A DNA stretch of 63,814 bases, counting the filler, from Welwitschia mirabilis (Eukaryota), in NCBI GenBank assembly GCA_051453625.1. It is 4 parts of one record of this genome, joined end to end, with 100 filler letters (N's around TTAATTAATTAA, not from the genome) between each part and the next. Parts side by side here need not be neighbours in the genome. Positions count along the whole stretch, not along the records: positions 30,386 to 54,212 come from JBOZIK010000001.1; 3 more parts are not named here. The stretch is one strand, 5' to 3'. Made by a program: the position numbers and the translations under genes. Positions 37,809 through 51,492 of the stretch are shown here, in pieces. Each line of letters starts with the position of its first letter. Within the stretch, counting starts at the first letter, position 1. The notes beneath the pieces were generated by a model. The model was not told the origin of the DNA and did no database searches. It saw nothing but the letters and a program-made list of their open reading frames with translations.

Positions 37809-40786
37809 AACTAAACCCAATTTTAATTAATTAATATGTAATGTGCTTTTTGAAGAGGATATATTTCATTATATTTTAATCAATTCTTCTTATATTTAAT
37901 AAATTTTAGGTGCATGAAATGGGTCATTGGCTCATGAACCTAATCAAGAAAAATCTTGTTTTTGTAAAGTGCTTTGAAAATAATTAACCTAGTGTGAAAG
38001 TAGATTCATCCATTTTCAATCACATTTTACAATTAGAAAAATCTTAAGTAACACTAATATTAATAAGATAACTTAGAAAATAAGTGAAATCTCTTTTTGA
38101 AAAGTAGGAGTAAACCTAAATCTTACCTAATTTATAATGATAAGATAATCACTTATTAATAGTTTATTTGTTATGGGCCATTAACAAAGATCAGATCATA
38201 TAATCTTAGAAACTCATAGATAAATGAAAGAAGATGGTGTTTGATAATTTTTATTAGGTAGTGCCAAATTAGGAGAGGTGGATGGAGATATTTAAGGGGA
38301 CCATGACTTATTCTATAATTTGGAATTTCCTAAGTAAAAGGGTTTAAGGTGATGATCGTATGAGTGGTAGTTCTTGGGTGGTTTTAAATAAGAAAGGACA
38401 TCAAGCATAAATGTTTTTAATGATTTTATTTTTTTAAAATCTAAATATATTCTAAAATAAAAGTCTAGCCTAAAATAAAAATCTAATATAGAAGCATGAA
38501 ATGTAACTAAAAATGTTAAAAGAAATTTTCCAAGGTAGCACATGTATGAAGGTGGCTTATGGGTGTGAAAACAAAGGTTGGATGATTTAAAACTTTGTAA
38601 AGCATTTTGAATTAGAAGAAAACCCATGTGAATTTCTATGCATGAATCTATAAAATTAGGAAGAATATCAATATTGGTAGTAAAATTTATGTATTCAAAG
38701 TTAGAAATAGTCCATCCTTAAGCTTGTTTTTGCTTATTCCAAAACTCATGTAAGACATCATTTTGAGATGAAATCAAATATAATTTAGAGACCACTTAAC
38801 AAGGTGAATGATAATTAAGAAAATTATTATAAAATGATTTGAATGCTAAATAAGATTTATCTTCTTCATTGAGGCTTGGGTCTTGCTTAAAAGATAAAGA
38901 TGAAGGTAAAATAGTTGGCTTAAGAGCTTGTTAAAGAAAACGTTCTTTATAGGATGGACATTTATGGGATATTTGCTAATGTTCTACTCTTCATTAGGAT
39001 TACAATATGATTCCTTCTCATGTATTTATGCAAATAAACAATAATTGTAATTATATGTTTTCTCTATTAATGTTACTTATGGACTCATCCTCTCTTGTAT
39101 AATTTTTAAAGGTATATCCTTCTTTCATTAGTTTTTCATCTTTTAATTATTTCTCATCCTTTAATATGTTTAATCCTCTAATAAAGTATAGCCTTATCAC
39201 AAATATTCTATCATTCTCTAATGCATTCTTAAACTCAGGATCCTCATGGTTTTTCTTAGGGATTTCTTCCTTACTCATAAAAGTTAAGGCTTCAGTATCA
39301 TTAATTTTACTCTACTTATTCCTTTTAAGGTTTTTAAGACTCTTAATTTTGTGTAATTTAGAAAGCCCTATTATTTTTATTGGTTAAGAATACTATTTAC
39401 TTAATCAATAATTTAAGTTACTTGTTGAATAGTTCTCTCAATATTTTTCATAGTTCACTTTTAAGATTTAATAATCCCTTTAACAATTTCATTGAAGAAT
39501 GTAAAGGTGGTTGAGGTAGAGGCATTTTGTAATGGAGTTGGATAGAACTTTATAGAAAAATCTATAGGGCATCTTCTAATGATTTTAAAGAGGGTTATTA
39601 AGAATAAGAAGATGAATGGTATTAGTCAAATCATGAAGAACATAAGAATGAAGATGAAGGATAAGGATTGCAAGAGTAGCGAAAGGCATAAGATCAAACT
39701 TTATTTATTTAAAATAGATATTTTTAGATACAAGATTATAAAAAAGATTGATCTAGGTATGGAAGGGGTTCTAGGCCTTTAATATTTTGTTCCAACATTT
39801 GCCTAGTATCAGAAGAATCTTTAGGTTTAAGATGGTATGGATTGTATTAAAGGTAGTTCCATAGAGATTTAATATAATCTCCTATAGTTTATTTAGGTTG
39901 AGCATGATTCTAAAAATTGTAGGAATTTTCATAGTTTTCATAGGTAAGTTATAGCTCAAAAGGTATTTCAAATGGATCATGTGGCTAACTCATGACAATG
40001 TTTAGAAAATGATCAGTAAAATTCACTATAAGATTATATTCTCTTAATTTTTTAAGGTTTGATAGGAGGCCTAACATTATAAATGATTTAAAATAGGTTG
40101 CAAAAGGTTATGTTGAAGTCTTAGGCTATTTTACTTATAGAAGCTAGTGGCACCAGTAAGGCATGGAAGTGGTGCTAGTCAAGATAAGAGTTCGGTACAT
40201 GAAAAAATTCATAGACAAATGATTCTTGTGCAAAATGTATAAAATTATATGGTAATAGATAAATTTCACAAAAAAAAAAATGATAGAAATACTAAAATTA
40301 AACCTATGAAAAATAACTTCTAAATGTTTTTAATTTTTTAAATTTTATCAAAAAACAATAAAAAATACAATAGAATTAAAAATTACAGAAAGGAAAATCA
40401 TAGAAAATAAAATAAAACAAAAAAAAATTTAGATTTTAAATTTAGTTTCTCTCCTTTGATTACAATCTATAGAAAAAACATTATTAGACTTACAACATGA
40501 ATTTTTGATATGAAATTGGATTGAGTTGAGTAAAATGAACTAAATAAATCTCAAAACTTGAATTAGTTCAAATTTCATTAGAAAAGGATCAGTACCCACC
40601 ATTAGAAAGAAAAGAAAAGAAAAGAAAAATAACACTTAAAAAAAAACAAACGATCAATTTGAGTATAACTAGAAATGGACCAGTACAAATCACTAGAAAC
40701 ATAAAACTAGATCAAAAATTTGTAAGAAGGAAATGTATGCAATTTGAAAAGATATCATTTTAATATCCCTAGTAATGGCACAAAAA

Positions 40787-42124
40787 TCATATTCATGGTA
40801 TAGCAATGAACTAGATTTGAAACTAGGTGAATATCTAATATCATTCTTCCATAAAGACATATATGTGGTAACTTATCAGAAGTAACACAAGAATCTTAAC
40901 TTACAATGAAAATCAAACAAAACATAAAATTAAGGATCAATATTTAATATGAACTTTTGTTCATGAAGTAAGGAAATGAATGTGTTCCAAAGGTCTAGAT
41001 GATTTATATAATTCTCCACCTTCACTCTAATGATTTCTATATTCCTAAAACATAAACTAAGATCATCAAGTTGTTATGGCTCAAGCATGGTAATATAATC
41101 ACATTCATCACATGAGTGTTGATGAATTCTATAGTCACTTGGTCCTTCATAGCCTTTTATGAACATAGAAATTAAGAATAGTTATACTCAAGATCTATAA
41201 CATGATAGTGACTATAACCAAAAGTTAACCTTAAAAAATTCACTTAGTTCTAAAGATCTTGATGGTGATATAATATTACTTAAGAATTACTAATACCAAA
41301 CTAATTCTCATTAATAATAAAAGAATGAATAACTATATTAATGAAGAATAACTAGCCTTACCTAAATATTACTAATACTAAATTAATGTGCATTAATAAT
41401 AAAAGAATAAAGTCTTGTATTAAAACTTAAAAGATACATTACATCAATAAAAGAAAGGCTTAGGAATCTTTGGCATGTAGTAATTGGTGATTAGTTATAT
41501 AATGGAGGTTATACTTAGGTGACTATTTAAGGAGGAAGTTATAAATTTTGGAATATAGCCTTAATAGAGGACTCCTTTATCTTCTTATGAAAGATAGGTG
41601 ATAACATGTTCTTTGAATAATAATGCATCTACCACTAGGCTCTTCCTAGTTGTACAAAAGGCTCTTCCTAGAGGATATAGCCTTTGAGAGGATATCCTTC
41701 ATGTAGTTGTCCTTATTGCTATCATATTTCACCACATCATGCCATTTTACACTTCCATCATGTATCTTTGAAGTTGAAGGTTTATTTTATTCTATGATCT
41801 AACTGAGTTCATAAGTACGATGTGATGTCTTTCTTGTAAATATGCAAGATCATAAGAATGTACAAATTATACCTTAGAATATCAGTGGCACCAGCGACCT
41901 GGATGGTTGCACTGGCTTTGTCTATTATATTTCCTTTAATTTGTAGAATGTCTTCTAAAAGATAGTAATAAACCTAAAAATGTTATGAAAAGGTTCATAA
42001 TTTTTAGAAACATGATAGAAAGAGTTGAAGACACATTTTATGATAAAATGTCTAATTTAATATCTTTCATATGTAAAATTAATCAAATATGCTTGCTTGG
42101 AATGCTAATTTTTGTATGTAAATA
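40787..42124 (-). repeat. 5' LTR of A4
   Basis: Adjacent to the PBS (tccctagtaatggcacaa on +); aligns with 34930-35329. Confidence 0.7.
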
Positions 42125-44779
42125 AGGAGTAAGGATTCTTTTTTATGACATTATTAAGCCTTTTAAAATCAATTCATACTCATCATTTTTATTTTTTTTG
42201 TTTAGGTACAACCATAATAGAACTAACATGTTTGTCATTAAAAATAGATAAATAATATCAACATCCAAAATTCTAAGGATTTCATCTTTGAATACTTACT
42301 TAAGAACTGGGTTAAGTCTTCTTTAGGGTTACCTATGGATTTTACATTATTCTCTAAGTAGATCTTATGTTAAACAATGTGAGAAGGCATGGCATTTAGA
42401 TCTTTATAAGTCCAATTAATAGCTTTTATTTTTGAAGTTAAAAGTTAAAGCAAGGCTTTTTCTTAGGAAGGGTAAAGACAAGCATATTTGATCAATGATT
42501 TCTTTAGATTGTTATTCATGATCATCCTTAATGATTATTAAGCACCCATCTTACTATTTCATAATTATAAAGGATTTCTTTATTTAAAAATTTATATAAG
42601 ATATCTTAATTAAGGTTGTATGGCTTAGAGAAGTTCAAGATGGTGGAGTATTTATCCTTATCATCAAACAAAGTGAAATCCTGTAGTTAAAGGAGCCTTT
42701 ATTCTAAGGGATAATGTTGGACTAATATGGAGGCTTTAATTATTTTTCAAATGCCTAATTCATCCCCCATTTCCTTTTCAACTACATCAAACACTCTACT
42801 ACTATACTTTTTATTATCAATATGACATTCTATCATTACTCTATAAGTATTAATAATGTAATGTCTAGTTGTACAAAAGGTTCTTCCTAGAAGTAAAGAA
42901 TATTCTTAATTATGTTTCACTTAAATAATGATCACCTCTATAGGGTAGAGTGATTTTTTAATTTGGATGACTAAGTTTTTATTACACCTGTAGTTGTTAT
43001 GCTACCAATTTGTGGTCATTTAATGGGGTTTTATGAGTTTTTTTGTAATAGATTTATATAAGTTTAAGTGCCATTCTAAGGATTTTAAAGAAATGATAGA
43101 AAATATTGGAAATGTGTAATTATTACCCAGATTTGATGTATTAAAAGCACATTCTAATGCACATAGCTTTAGAGAAGGATTACTGAAAAAAATGATAAGT
43201 TTCTCTTTAATTAAAAGATTAAGAAGACCGTCATCTCCTTTGTCATCCTTATGACATGCCAAATGCCGATACTGATGGTAGTTGATATGGACTATTAAAT
43301 CACTACTGATTTATCATTTTGAGTCATCTTTTGTAATGAGCTATCTTATGAATGATAGTCAGAATGATCTTGACCTGTAACTGACTCTAACAATTGACCC
43401 TTGACCATTTTATCTGTTTCATTTATGTAAAAGAGTGCGTCTTGTCGAGCCTTCTGTTTATCGTTTTCTACTATAAGTTGTTATAAATAAGTCCATCTTC
43501 AACTCTCCTTCTCATCTTCATTGCACTAAAAATTCTTGTGACAGGAGATCAAATGGCGGGAGATCCATCTCGAGTATTGCAGAAAGATGTTCCTTTGGTG
43601 AAGGGTTGTGTATCCTCCATTGAAGCTTGATTCTTTTATAATCCAGATTCTTGTTACATATTAATACAAAAACCTTTTTTTATATTTATATGTCAGATTC
43701 TCAGATTACCTTTATGGTTTATGATTGTCCTTAATTTGGTGACAATTTCTTGGATGATATAAATCATCAAAGACAGCCTTTGTTAAGTCTGAAATCAAGT
43801 AGTGTTAGTTCCATATTTGCATTGCATTTTAGATTAAGTTACATCTTGAATTTTCATTGTATTTTTCATTTCTTATATTATTCTTTATTTTTTATTCTTA
43901 TTATTATTTTGAAAAGAAATTTGAGTCTTGTCTTATAGTCTTTAACATGAACACAACATATCAGGTCTACTTCCACTCATACTAGTGTGTTGTATTGTGT
44001 GAGATATCTATTTATTTTATGAATGACAGAATCCTTTTGAACTTAAGCACTTGCACAACTACATACCCCAACAAATTAGCGCCATTGCTAGGGAAGACTA
44101 CTAAGGAGTATAAGGGTTGTCATTATTCGAGTGAGTATATCGGACCTTTGTTTAGTTATTTATCTATAGTAACATTTTATTTTATTAAGGACTATAGGTT
44201 TTCTGTATTATAGTTATTCAGTTTCAATTTTTTAAATTTAGTTTTCTATTAAAAAAATGGTGGCCATCCCCTTCGTCATTCATCAGGATAATAGTGTGTA
44301 ATTTTTACTTTCAGTTTTATTTTTAGTTTCTAACTTGCTACAATAAAAATTAATTTTTGTCATCTTCCCTGATGTCTAGATGATTAGATAGATAATAGTA
44401 CTATTTTCTGAGTTTTCCACTTTCTATTTTGGTTTTTCTTCTATTTCTATTTTTTTGGTTTCTATGTGTATCATTTCTTTTATTGTTCCCATAACAGATA
44501 GGATGATAGTATATTATTTTTAATCTTGTTTTTTGTTGTTCACTATTTGCAAGATGCTGTAATATGATCAATCTTGAGAAAATATATTAGAGAGAAAGGC
44601 TACTGATAGAGAAGAATATTAAAGAAGGATTGGTCGATATAGAAAACAAATCGGAAAAGCAATCTTCAGGTGCACTCAATCCTTCTTTTAAATTTATTTT
44701 TCCTGAATCATATTTTCTTAATGAAAATGCTATAGAATAAGAGAACTAGTTTACAATGTCAAGTGCTGTCCATAAGTAA

Positions 44780-47030
44780 AAATAAGTTATAGGATTTTCT
44801 ACTTCTAATCCTAATGCAAACCTTACCTTGAGGAAATTGTTAGTTAATAAGAAATGAAAGATTCAAATCCCTTTTGACCTATCCCTAAGAGATGATGTTG
44901 AACTTAAGAATCTAAATGCCTACTTAACTTTTAATGAAGAAGATGATGAGAATTCCCTTCAACACATAGCAGATACAGAACAATTAATCTTCACGTCAAG
45001 AAATAGGAAGAAAAAAATAACTGATAAAATATATATGGTAATCTTTCCCATGACATTAAAGGGTAGAGCAAAAAATTAGCTAAAAATCATATCCCATAAA
45101 AGCTTTAAAACTTAGGAACAATCCCAAGAAAACTTCATTAAAAGATTCATGATTAAAAAATCATGAGAGAAAGAAAAAAGAAGGTAATAAACTTTCAATA
45201 AAAAATAAATGAATATTTTACCTCTCTATATAAATGTTTCTTTATAGCAATCCATTCTAATCTGGTAGATGCTTTTTCACGAGAAGAACTAGTGATCTAA
45301 TTTTATAATGGATTAACTCCCCATACAAAACAACTTATATATTTCTCTCATGGTGGAAATTTTATGAACCTTACACTAAACAATGCCTAGACAAAATTAT
45401 AAGAACTTATTGAGGNNNNNNNNNNNNNNNNNNNNNNNNNNNNNNNNNNNNNNNNNNNNNNNNNNNNNNNNNNNNNNNNNNNNNNNNNNNNNNNNNNNNN
45501 NNNNNNNNNNNNNNNCACTAAACAATGCCTAGACAAAATTATAAGAACTTATTGAGGTTAGTCAAACTTGACCAACAACAAAAGAAAACTACACTATAGG
45601 CCAAATTATCAAAGATTTAAATGAAGTAAAAAAAAAAAAAGAGGTAGAATCCAATCCTATAAATATCATGAAAAACTTTACAACAATCTTAGAGAAGTAT
45701 GCTGAAATGATCTTAGATGTCAAATCCATAATCAAAAGAAATGTTGTGTCAACTTGTGATTTATGTAAGGATAATTATCATATTATCAAAAACTATCCTC
45801 TTTTACCAACATACAAAGAAATAATTCATAAAGAAGTTTTCTCTTTTAACAAAACATCTCAAAACTTCCAGAACGAAATTTATATACAACCTAGGATGAA
45901 CACTCAATTTCAAAACAATTCTCAACCTTTTAGAAACCGATTTGAAAACACAAACTACCCACTAAGTTCATCTAACTACCAATATTTAAATGATCCAATC
46001 ACAAACCTTACAGATAAAATTAGAATATCACATGAAGAAACAAATGCTAAACTTAAAAACGTAATAAATATCCTTTAACAAATAATGTTAGCAAACTAAA
46101 TACCTCATAGAACATTAGTTACACAACCTTTATTAAAACTTAATGAGATGAGAAAAGATTATAAGGTTGTAACAAGAAGTGGATAAGAAACAAATCCTTC
46201 TCCATGTAAACCTTTATTCTTCCAAAACAATTTTAAAAATGATGAAGAAGAAGAAGAAGAAGACATTAAGATATTTAAAGATTACAAATTCCCTTTCCTT
46301 GGTGAAAAAAGAAGAAAAATCCTTCTCAACAAACCACTCCTTGGTTTGGTAAACTTAACAAAAATTCAACTTTCAATAAACATATTAAAGCCTTGATGAA
46401 AAATGTAAGCAAAAACTTATCCTTTTGGAAAATTTTGCAATAAAATCCAAGGTAATCAAAATTATGGAAAGAATTAATAAGAAGAAAACAAAAATGAGTC
46501 ATCCCTAGTAAAGTCTTTTTAGCTTAATCCCTTATGAACTTAGTGTTACAAAAATCATCCAAATTTAAAGATCCAAAAGTAACTACAGAGAATGTTACTT
46601 TAGAGGGAAACAAAAAGATCAAAAAATCCTTAATAGACATTAGAGCAAATGTTAACATTATGCCACTTCACATTTGTAAGAGAATTGGTTTGAAGAATAG
46701 AATAGAGCCTACTCCAGTTGTTTTAGAATTAATAGACACCTTAGTTAAGAAACCATTAGGCATTATTAAAGATTTGGTAATATAAACTGAAGAGGCTTGC
46801 TACCCAATAGATGTGATTACAATAGAAGTTGAGCATAACAGAGGATACACTTTACTTCTTGGAAGAGCCTTTTGTAAAACATCCCACTGCATCTTTAACA
46901 TAATAGCAGGAATAATGAAATGTTATTTTGCAAATAGAATGTTTATAATTAAAGTCTTTGATGCAGCTAAGAAAGGTTTAGGTGATGATATAAACATTAA
47001 AGATAACATCAAACCAACTTTATTCCTATA
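44780..47030 (+). pseudogene. A3 gag and aspartic protease remnant
   Basis: IFPMTLKGRAKN*L (~45041), FYNGL (~45301), CDLCKDNYH (ORF 45668-46078), LIDIRANVNIMP..KPLGIIKDLVI (ORF 46534-46785), LLLGRAF (ORF 46813-47031). Confidence 0.85.
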
Positions 47031-48842
47031 ACATCATCCATTTTAAGAAAGAAAGATGGAATCACATGAGTCTATACTTTATGATGACCAACTTGAGATT
47101 GAAGAAACCATTGATACATTTAACTTTGAGAGTGAGAAAGAATCTTTAGTATGTAATAAAGTCTAACTTTTTTATTCACACCTTGAGGAAGATTGTCCAT
47201 TACGTAAACAAATTAAAAATCATAATTTTAGTGTAAATTTAAATCTTTCTAATGGACTTGAAGATAATTTTCTTTGTGATGTTCAAAATAAAACTCTTAC
47301 ATTCAATGACAATCTTTTACTAAAGTTGCCATATATATCCCCTTTGACTTCCAAAATTTGTGCTTTAATGTCGTCTCATAGAGTGTTATCCATTACCCCT
47401 CTCTTCATCCAATTGATTTTACTTGGAAATAATTGTACACTTTTCATATTTTATTAATTAGTAAATTTCTAGTTTGGATCTTATTTCTCTAAACATCTTG
47501 AGACCATCTAAATAGATCCTTTTTCTTCTANNNNNNNNNNNNNNNNNNNNNNNNNNNNNNNNNNNNNNNNNNNNNNNNNNNNNNNNNNNNNNNNNNNNNN
47601 NNNNNNNNNNNNNNNNNNNNNNNNNNNNNNNNNNNNNNNNNNNNNNNNNNNNNNNNNNNNNNNNNNNNNNNNNNNNNNNNNNNNNNNNNNNNNNNNNNNN
47701 NNNNNNNNNNNNNNNNNNNNNNNNNNNNNNNNNNNNNNNNNNNNNNNNNNNNNNNNNNNNNNNNNNNNNNNNNNNNNNNNNNNNNNNNNNNNNNNNNNNN
47801 NNNNNNNNNNNNNNNNNNNNNNNNNNNNNNNNNNNNNNNNNNNNNNNNNNNNNNNNNNNNNNNNNNNNNNNNNNNNNNNNNNNNNNNNNNNNNNNNNNNN
47901 NNNNNNNNNNNNNNNNNNNNNNNNNNNNNNNNNNNNNNNNNNNNNNNNNNNNNNNNNNNNNNNNNNNNNNNNNNNNNNNNNNNNNNNNNNNNNNNNNNNN
48001 NNNNNNNNNNNNNNNNNNNNNNNNNNNNNNNNNNNNNNNNNNNNNNNNNNNNNNNNNNNNNNNNNNNNNNNNNNNNNNNNNNNNNNNNNNNNNNNNNNNN
48101 NNNNNNNNNNNNNNNNNNNNNNNNNNNNNNNNNNNNNNNNNNNNNNNNNNNNNNNNNNNNNNNNNNNNNNNNNNNNNNNNNNNNNNNATAGTTTCTATTT
48201 CTGTTTTTGTAATAATAAATCTGTCATCTCCTTTATCATCCCCATGATTGATAGGACGACAATCAATTTTATTATTTTTTTAGATTTTTGATAATTTTTT
48301 TATTATCTAATAATTTTCTATTTTTCTTTGCTATTCCTATCATCCTTATGTTGTCTAGATGAAGAGTAGGATGACAATCAATAAATAAATGATGTTTTTT
48401 AGTTATTTAAGAAAATACATTTGTTTGACTTTTTCAATATTTTTAACTTAACTGCTTAAGAATTACAGGAAGTTAACGAGCAAAAATTTGGAATTACATG
48501 AGCAAAACCATCTAAATTTTCTCTTAGCTTTTTCCTTTGGAGGTTATTATGGCATTATTTGATCATTTTTTAAACCTTACTTATGTTTTTATCTCCATGA
48601 CTAGTCTTTTAACTTGGGCATTTCGATGGTAAGATTAGATTCACCCAATCTTAGGACATTAACACATCCATGAACTTTAGTTTGAAGGAAGATGCCTTAT
48701 TTAGTAAAAAGGTTGTAGATTGCTTAAGAGTGTTTTTTTTTTTTTTAATCTTTATCTTATAACTTTCACATTTGTTTTTTAAAATGTTTGATCATATGGA
48801 ATATTTTAAGTTTTCAATTAAAAAAAAAATAAAAAAAAGGAA

Positions 48843-48866
48843 AGAGAGAGAGAGAGAGAGAGAGAG
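48843..48866. repeat. (AG)n microsatellite in the A3 3' region
   Basis: Read directly. Confidence 0.95.
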
Positions 48867-51390
48867 GTGAAATAAGGCCATGATATTTTATTGGTGATAT
48901 TTCAAAAACATGATCACCATGATGTCTTACCGCAAATAAACCAGGGCAAATATTTCTGAGAGAAGGCTTTGGCAATGTAATATGTAGCTATGGAAACTCC
49001 ACTGAGAGGTCAGTTGGCCATTCTTCGTAGGTTCTTACTTCTCTAATGGTGGTTTCACTTCCCTCATCATGGATAATAAAGTTGTAATAAAAACTTTGAG
49101 GCTATGGAATTAGTGGTGTTCTTGATATCATCAAGGCATTTCTTATTTTCTAGACTTTTAGTCTATTCCACATGCTCATTTCTTTTCTTGAAATTTGGAT
49201 GTTTATTTTGAGATGACGGTAGCTGAGTTCATTTTTTAGCAATTCTTTGGTCTCATCTTTCATTTTATCTTTAGTATCATCATAAATACTACCTTATCTA
49301 ATGGAATTTTTCATACATCAAGTTATACATTTTCACATCAAGTAATGTTATGATTTCTTTCATGAAAGTCTGTCAAGTTNNNNNNNNNNTATCAGATAGG
49401 TGAGCTATCTTTCACTTCTATTGCCATATGCTCATTCTTTTTATTTTTGTTTGTGATTTGGTTAGTTATTTCAAAGTCATTACTGTATTTTCTTAATTAT
49501 CATGTTTTTCTTATTTGGTTTTAAATAAAATCTGATTTCTTACCTAGTTGAGTTTTTCTTAATAAATTTTATTTTTGGTGTTGTAAGAACTGCTCTTACT
49601 TACTTTTAAGATAAAACATTTTTATTGTCCACTCTTTTTTTTTTTTACTTCTTGGAATATTTCATAGATCTATATTTTTCAAAGTTGAAATTACTTAGCT
49701 TTGTACTTAATTTTATAAATTTTTCCTTTTGTACTTGCCTTTTCACTCCCATCTATCTTTTTTTAACTTAATTCAGATCTTTCATTAGATAAAATTTTTA
49801 ATATTTTTATACACATTATGCATTACTTGTTATTTATCTATGTGATGTGTTTTATGAGTCTATTTTATAATTTCATATTTATCTTTTAAAAAATAAATTG
49901 GCTCGTAATAATGGTTTTTTGCCTAATTTTTGTTAAGAACTAACAAAGGCTAAGTGGAAGGGCTAAGTTAAGCTACTAATTTGTGGTAATTTGATGGTGT
50001 TTTATGAATTATTTTCTAAAACATTTGTGTTAAATTATGTTTTGCCAATTGATGTCAAACTACTATTTTCTATAGAGCAAATTTTGTGTATCTTTTATAG
50101 AAGATGTTAATTACTTGCAAGTTGAAAGATAAAACCAAAACCATCAATTTCTAAGCACTAAAAACTTGTCAATTCTTTTATCCTCTTGAGAGATCAACCA
50201 CACTTGAAGCAGACAGAAAATGAACTGCATCCAGTGGGGTTGACCGGATTCTTAATGGAGTCAATCAACTCTGTAACCTCGAGAATCAATGTTCTAAACT
50301 GAATGGAAAAGGGTCGAATGAACTTTTATGATGCTAGCCAAATTTGATGACCTGATGAACAGTACTCCTAAACTAATTGTCAAGGGGTCGACTAGACCTA
50401 TGATGGGGTCGATCAAATCTGTGAGCCAAGGAATAATATTCCTGAACTGATTGTCAAGGGGTCAAATAAACCTATGATGGGGTCAACTGGACCTGAGCAC
50501 TATGCAGCTGATACTCTTAAGCCGATCATCATGGAGTCNNNNNNNNNNNNNNNNNNNNNNNNNNNNNNNNNNNNNNNNNNNNNNNNNNNNNNNNNNNNNN
50601 NNNNNNNNNNNNNNNNNNNNNNNNNNNNNNNNNNNNNNCCTGAACTGATTGTCAAGGGGTCAACTAAACCTATGATGGGGTCAACTGGACCTGAGCACTG
50701 TTCAGCTGATACTCTTAAGCCGATCATCATGGAGTCGACCAGATATCTAAAGGGATGAATTAGACCTAATGCTAAAAACTAAAAAGAATTTTATCAAGTT
50801 AAGCAGACGATTATATTTGGCAATAGGTGACCAAACTGGGGTCGACTAGACATCAAGTCTTAAGAAATTAGGGTGACTAAAATTTTCTATCAGGTGACCT
50901 ATGTAAATCACGGCACTAGATGGAGTCGACTGGACTTTTGAGGATTCAACCAAATAGAATGAAATACAAATTTTCTAATTGTTATGTATTCATTATGTAG
51001 CCATTGGATAGCCACTTTTTAGCCGTTTTCTAGTTATTTATAGCTGTTGGAAGTGCATTTCAAATATAATAGATTTTAAAAGCCTTCTAATATAAATAAC
51101 TAAGATATAGATGACTCTTAAATCTTTTGGAACTACTTTTAATGATATTAATCTATTGGGTCTAAGGAACGAGCACTGTCATCTTATGATATTCATTATT
51201 ATATCTTGATATATATACTTCTAAACAAGAGGATCTATCATCTATATTCATCTCTACATTCAAGGTTATATTATATTCTTCATTTGTTGTACATCTACAG
51301 GAGAATAGCTCCATCAATCATACTGAATCAAGAATGAGTGATATATGAGCATATTTGGCATTATTACATCACTACTTTACTTTGTAAAAA

Positions 51391-51492
51391 GTTGATACTA
51401 AGCCTTAAAAAGTTCATTCAAAGGTTGAGATTAAGCCTTAAAAAATTCATTCAAAGGTTAAGACTAAGCCTTGAAAAGTCCATTTATAAAGG
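51391..51492. repeat. 33-bp tandem repeat x3 in the C4 LTR
   Basis: gttgatactaagccttaaaaagttcattcaaag units at 51391, 51424 and 51457. Confidence 0.9.

Larger units (their letters stand above)
34868..42124 (-). mobile_element. Athila-like gypsy element A4, no pol seen but an env-like remnant is retained; 3' LTR cut by C3
   Basis: Direct repeat ~34930-35329 vs ~41710-42124 (e.g. taaatatgcaagat, cattttatgataaaat); minus-strand PBS at 40766-40783; Athila-type PPT motif at ~35330-35365. Confidence 0.75.
42995..50027 (+). mobile_element. Athila-like gypsy element A3 with gag and protease only; 3' LTR cut after ~60 bp by C4
   Basis: 5' LTR TGTTATG(42995)...CAACA(44073); PBS tagcgccattgctaggga at 44077-44094; PPT actaacaaaggctaagtggaaggg at ~49939-49962; 49966-50027 matches the LTR start. 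Confidence 0.85.

Noticed and set aside
42200..42600. Possible MULE or Ulp1 coding remnant on the minus strand
   Set aside because: Only isolated residues matched; no consistent motif order
48990..49060. Possible hammerhead ribozyme (gaaac...ctgagag) suggesting a retrozyme
   Set aside because: The core is not CUGANGA, and the homologous A2 copy reads ctggggg, so it is not conserved
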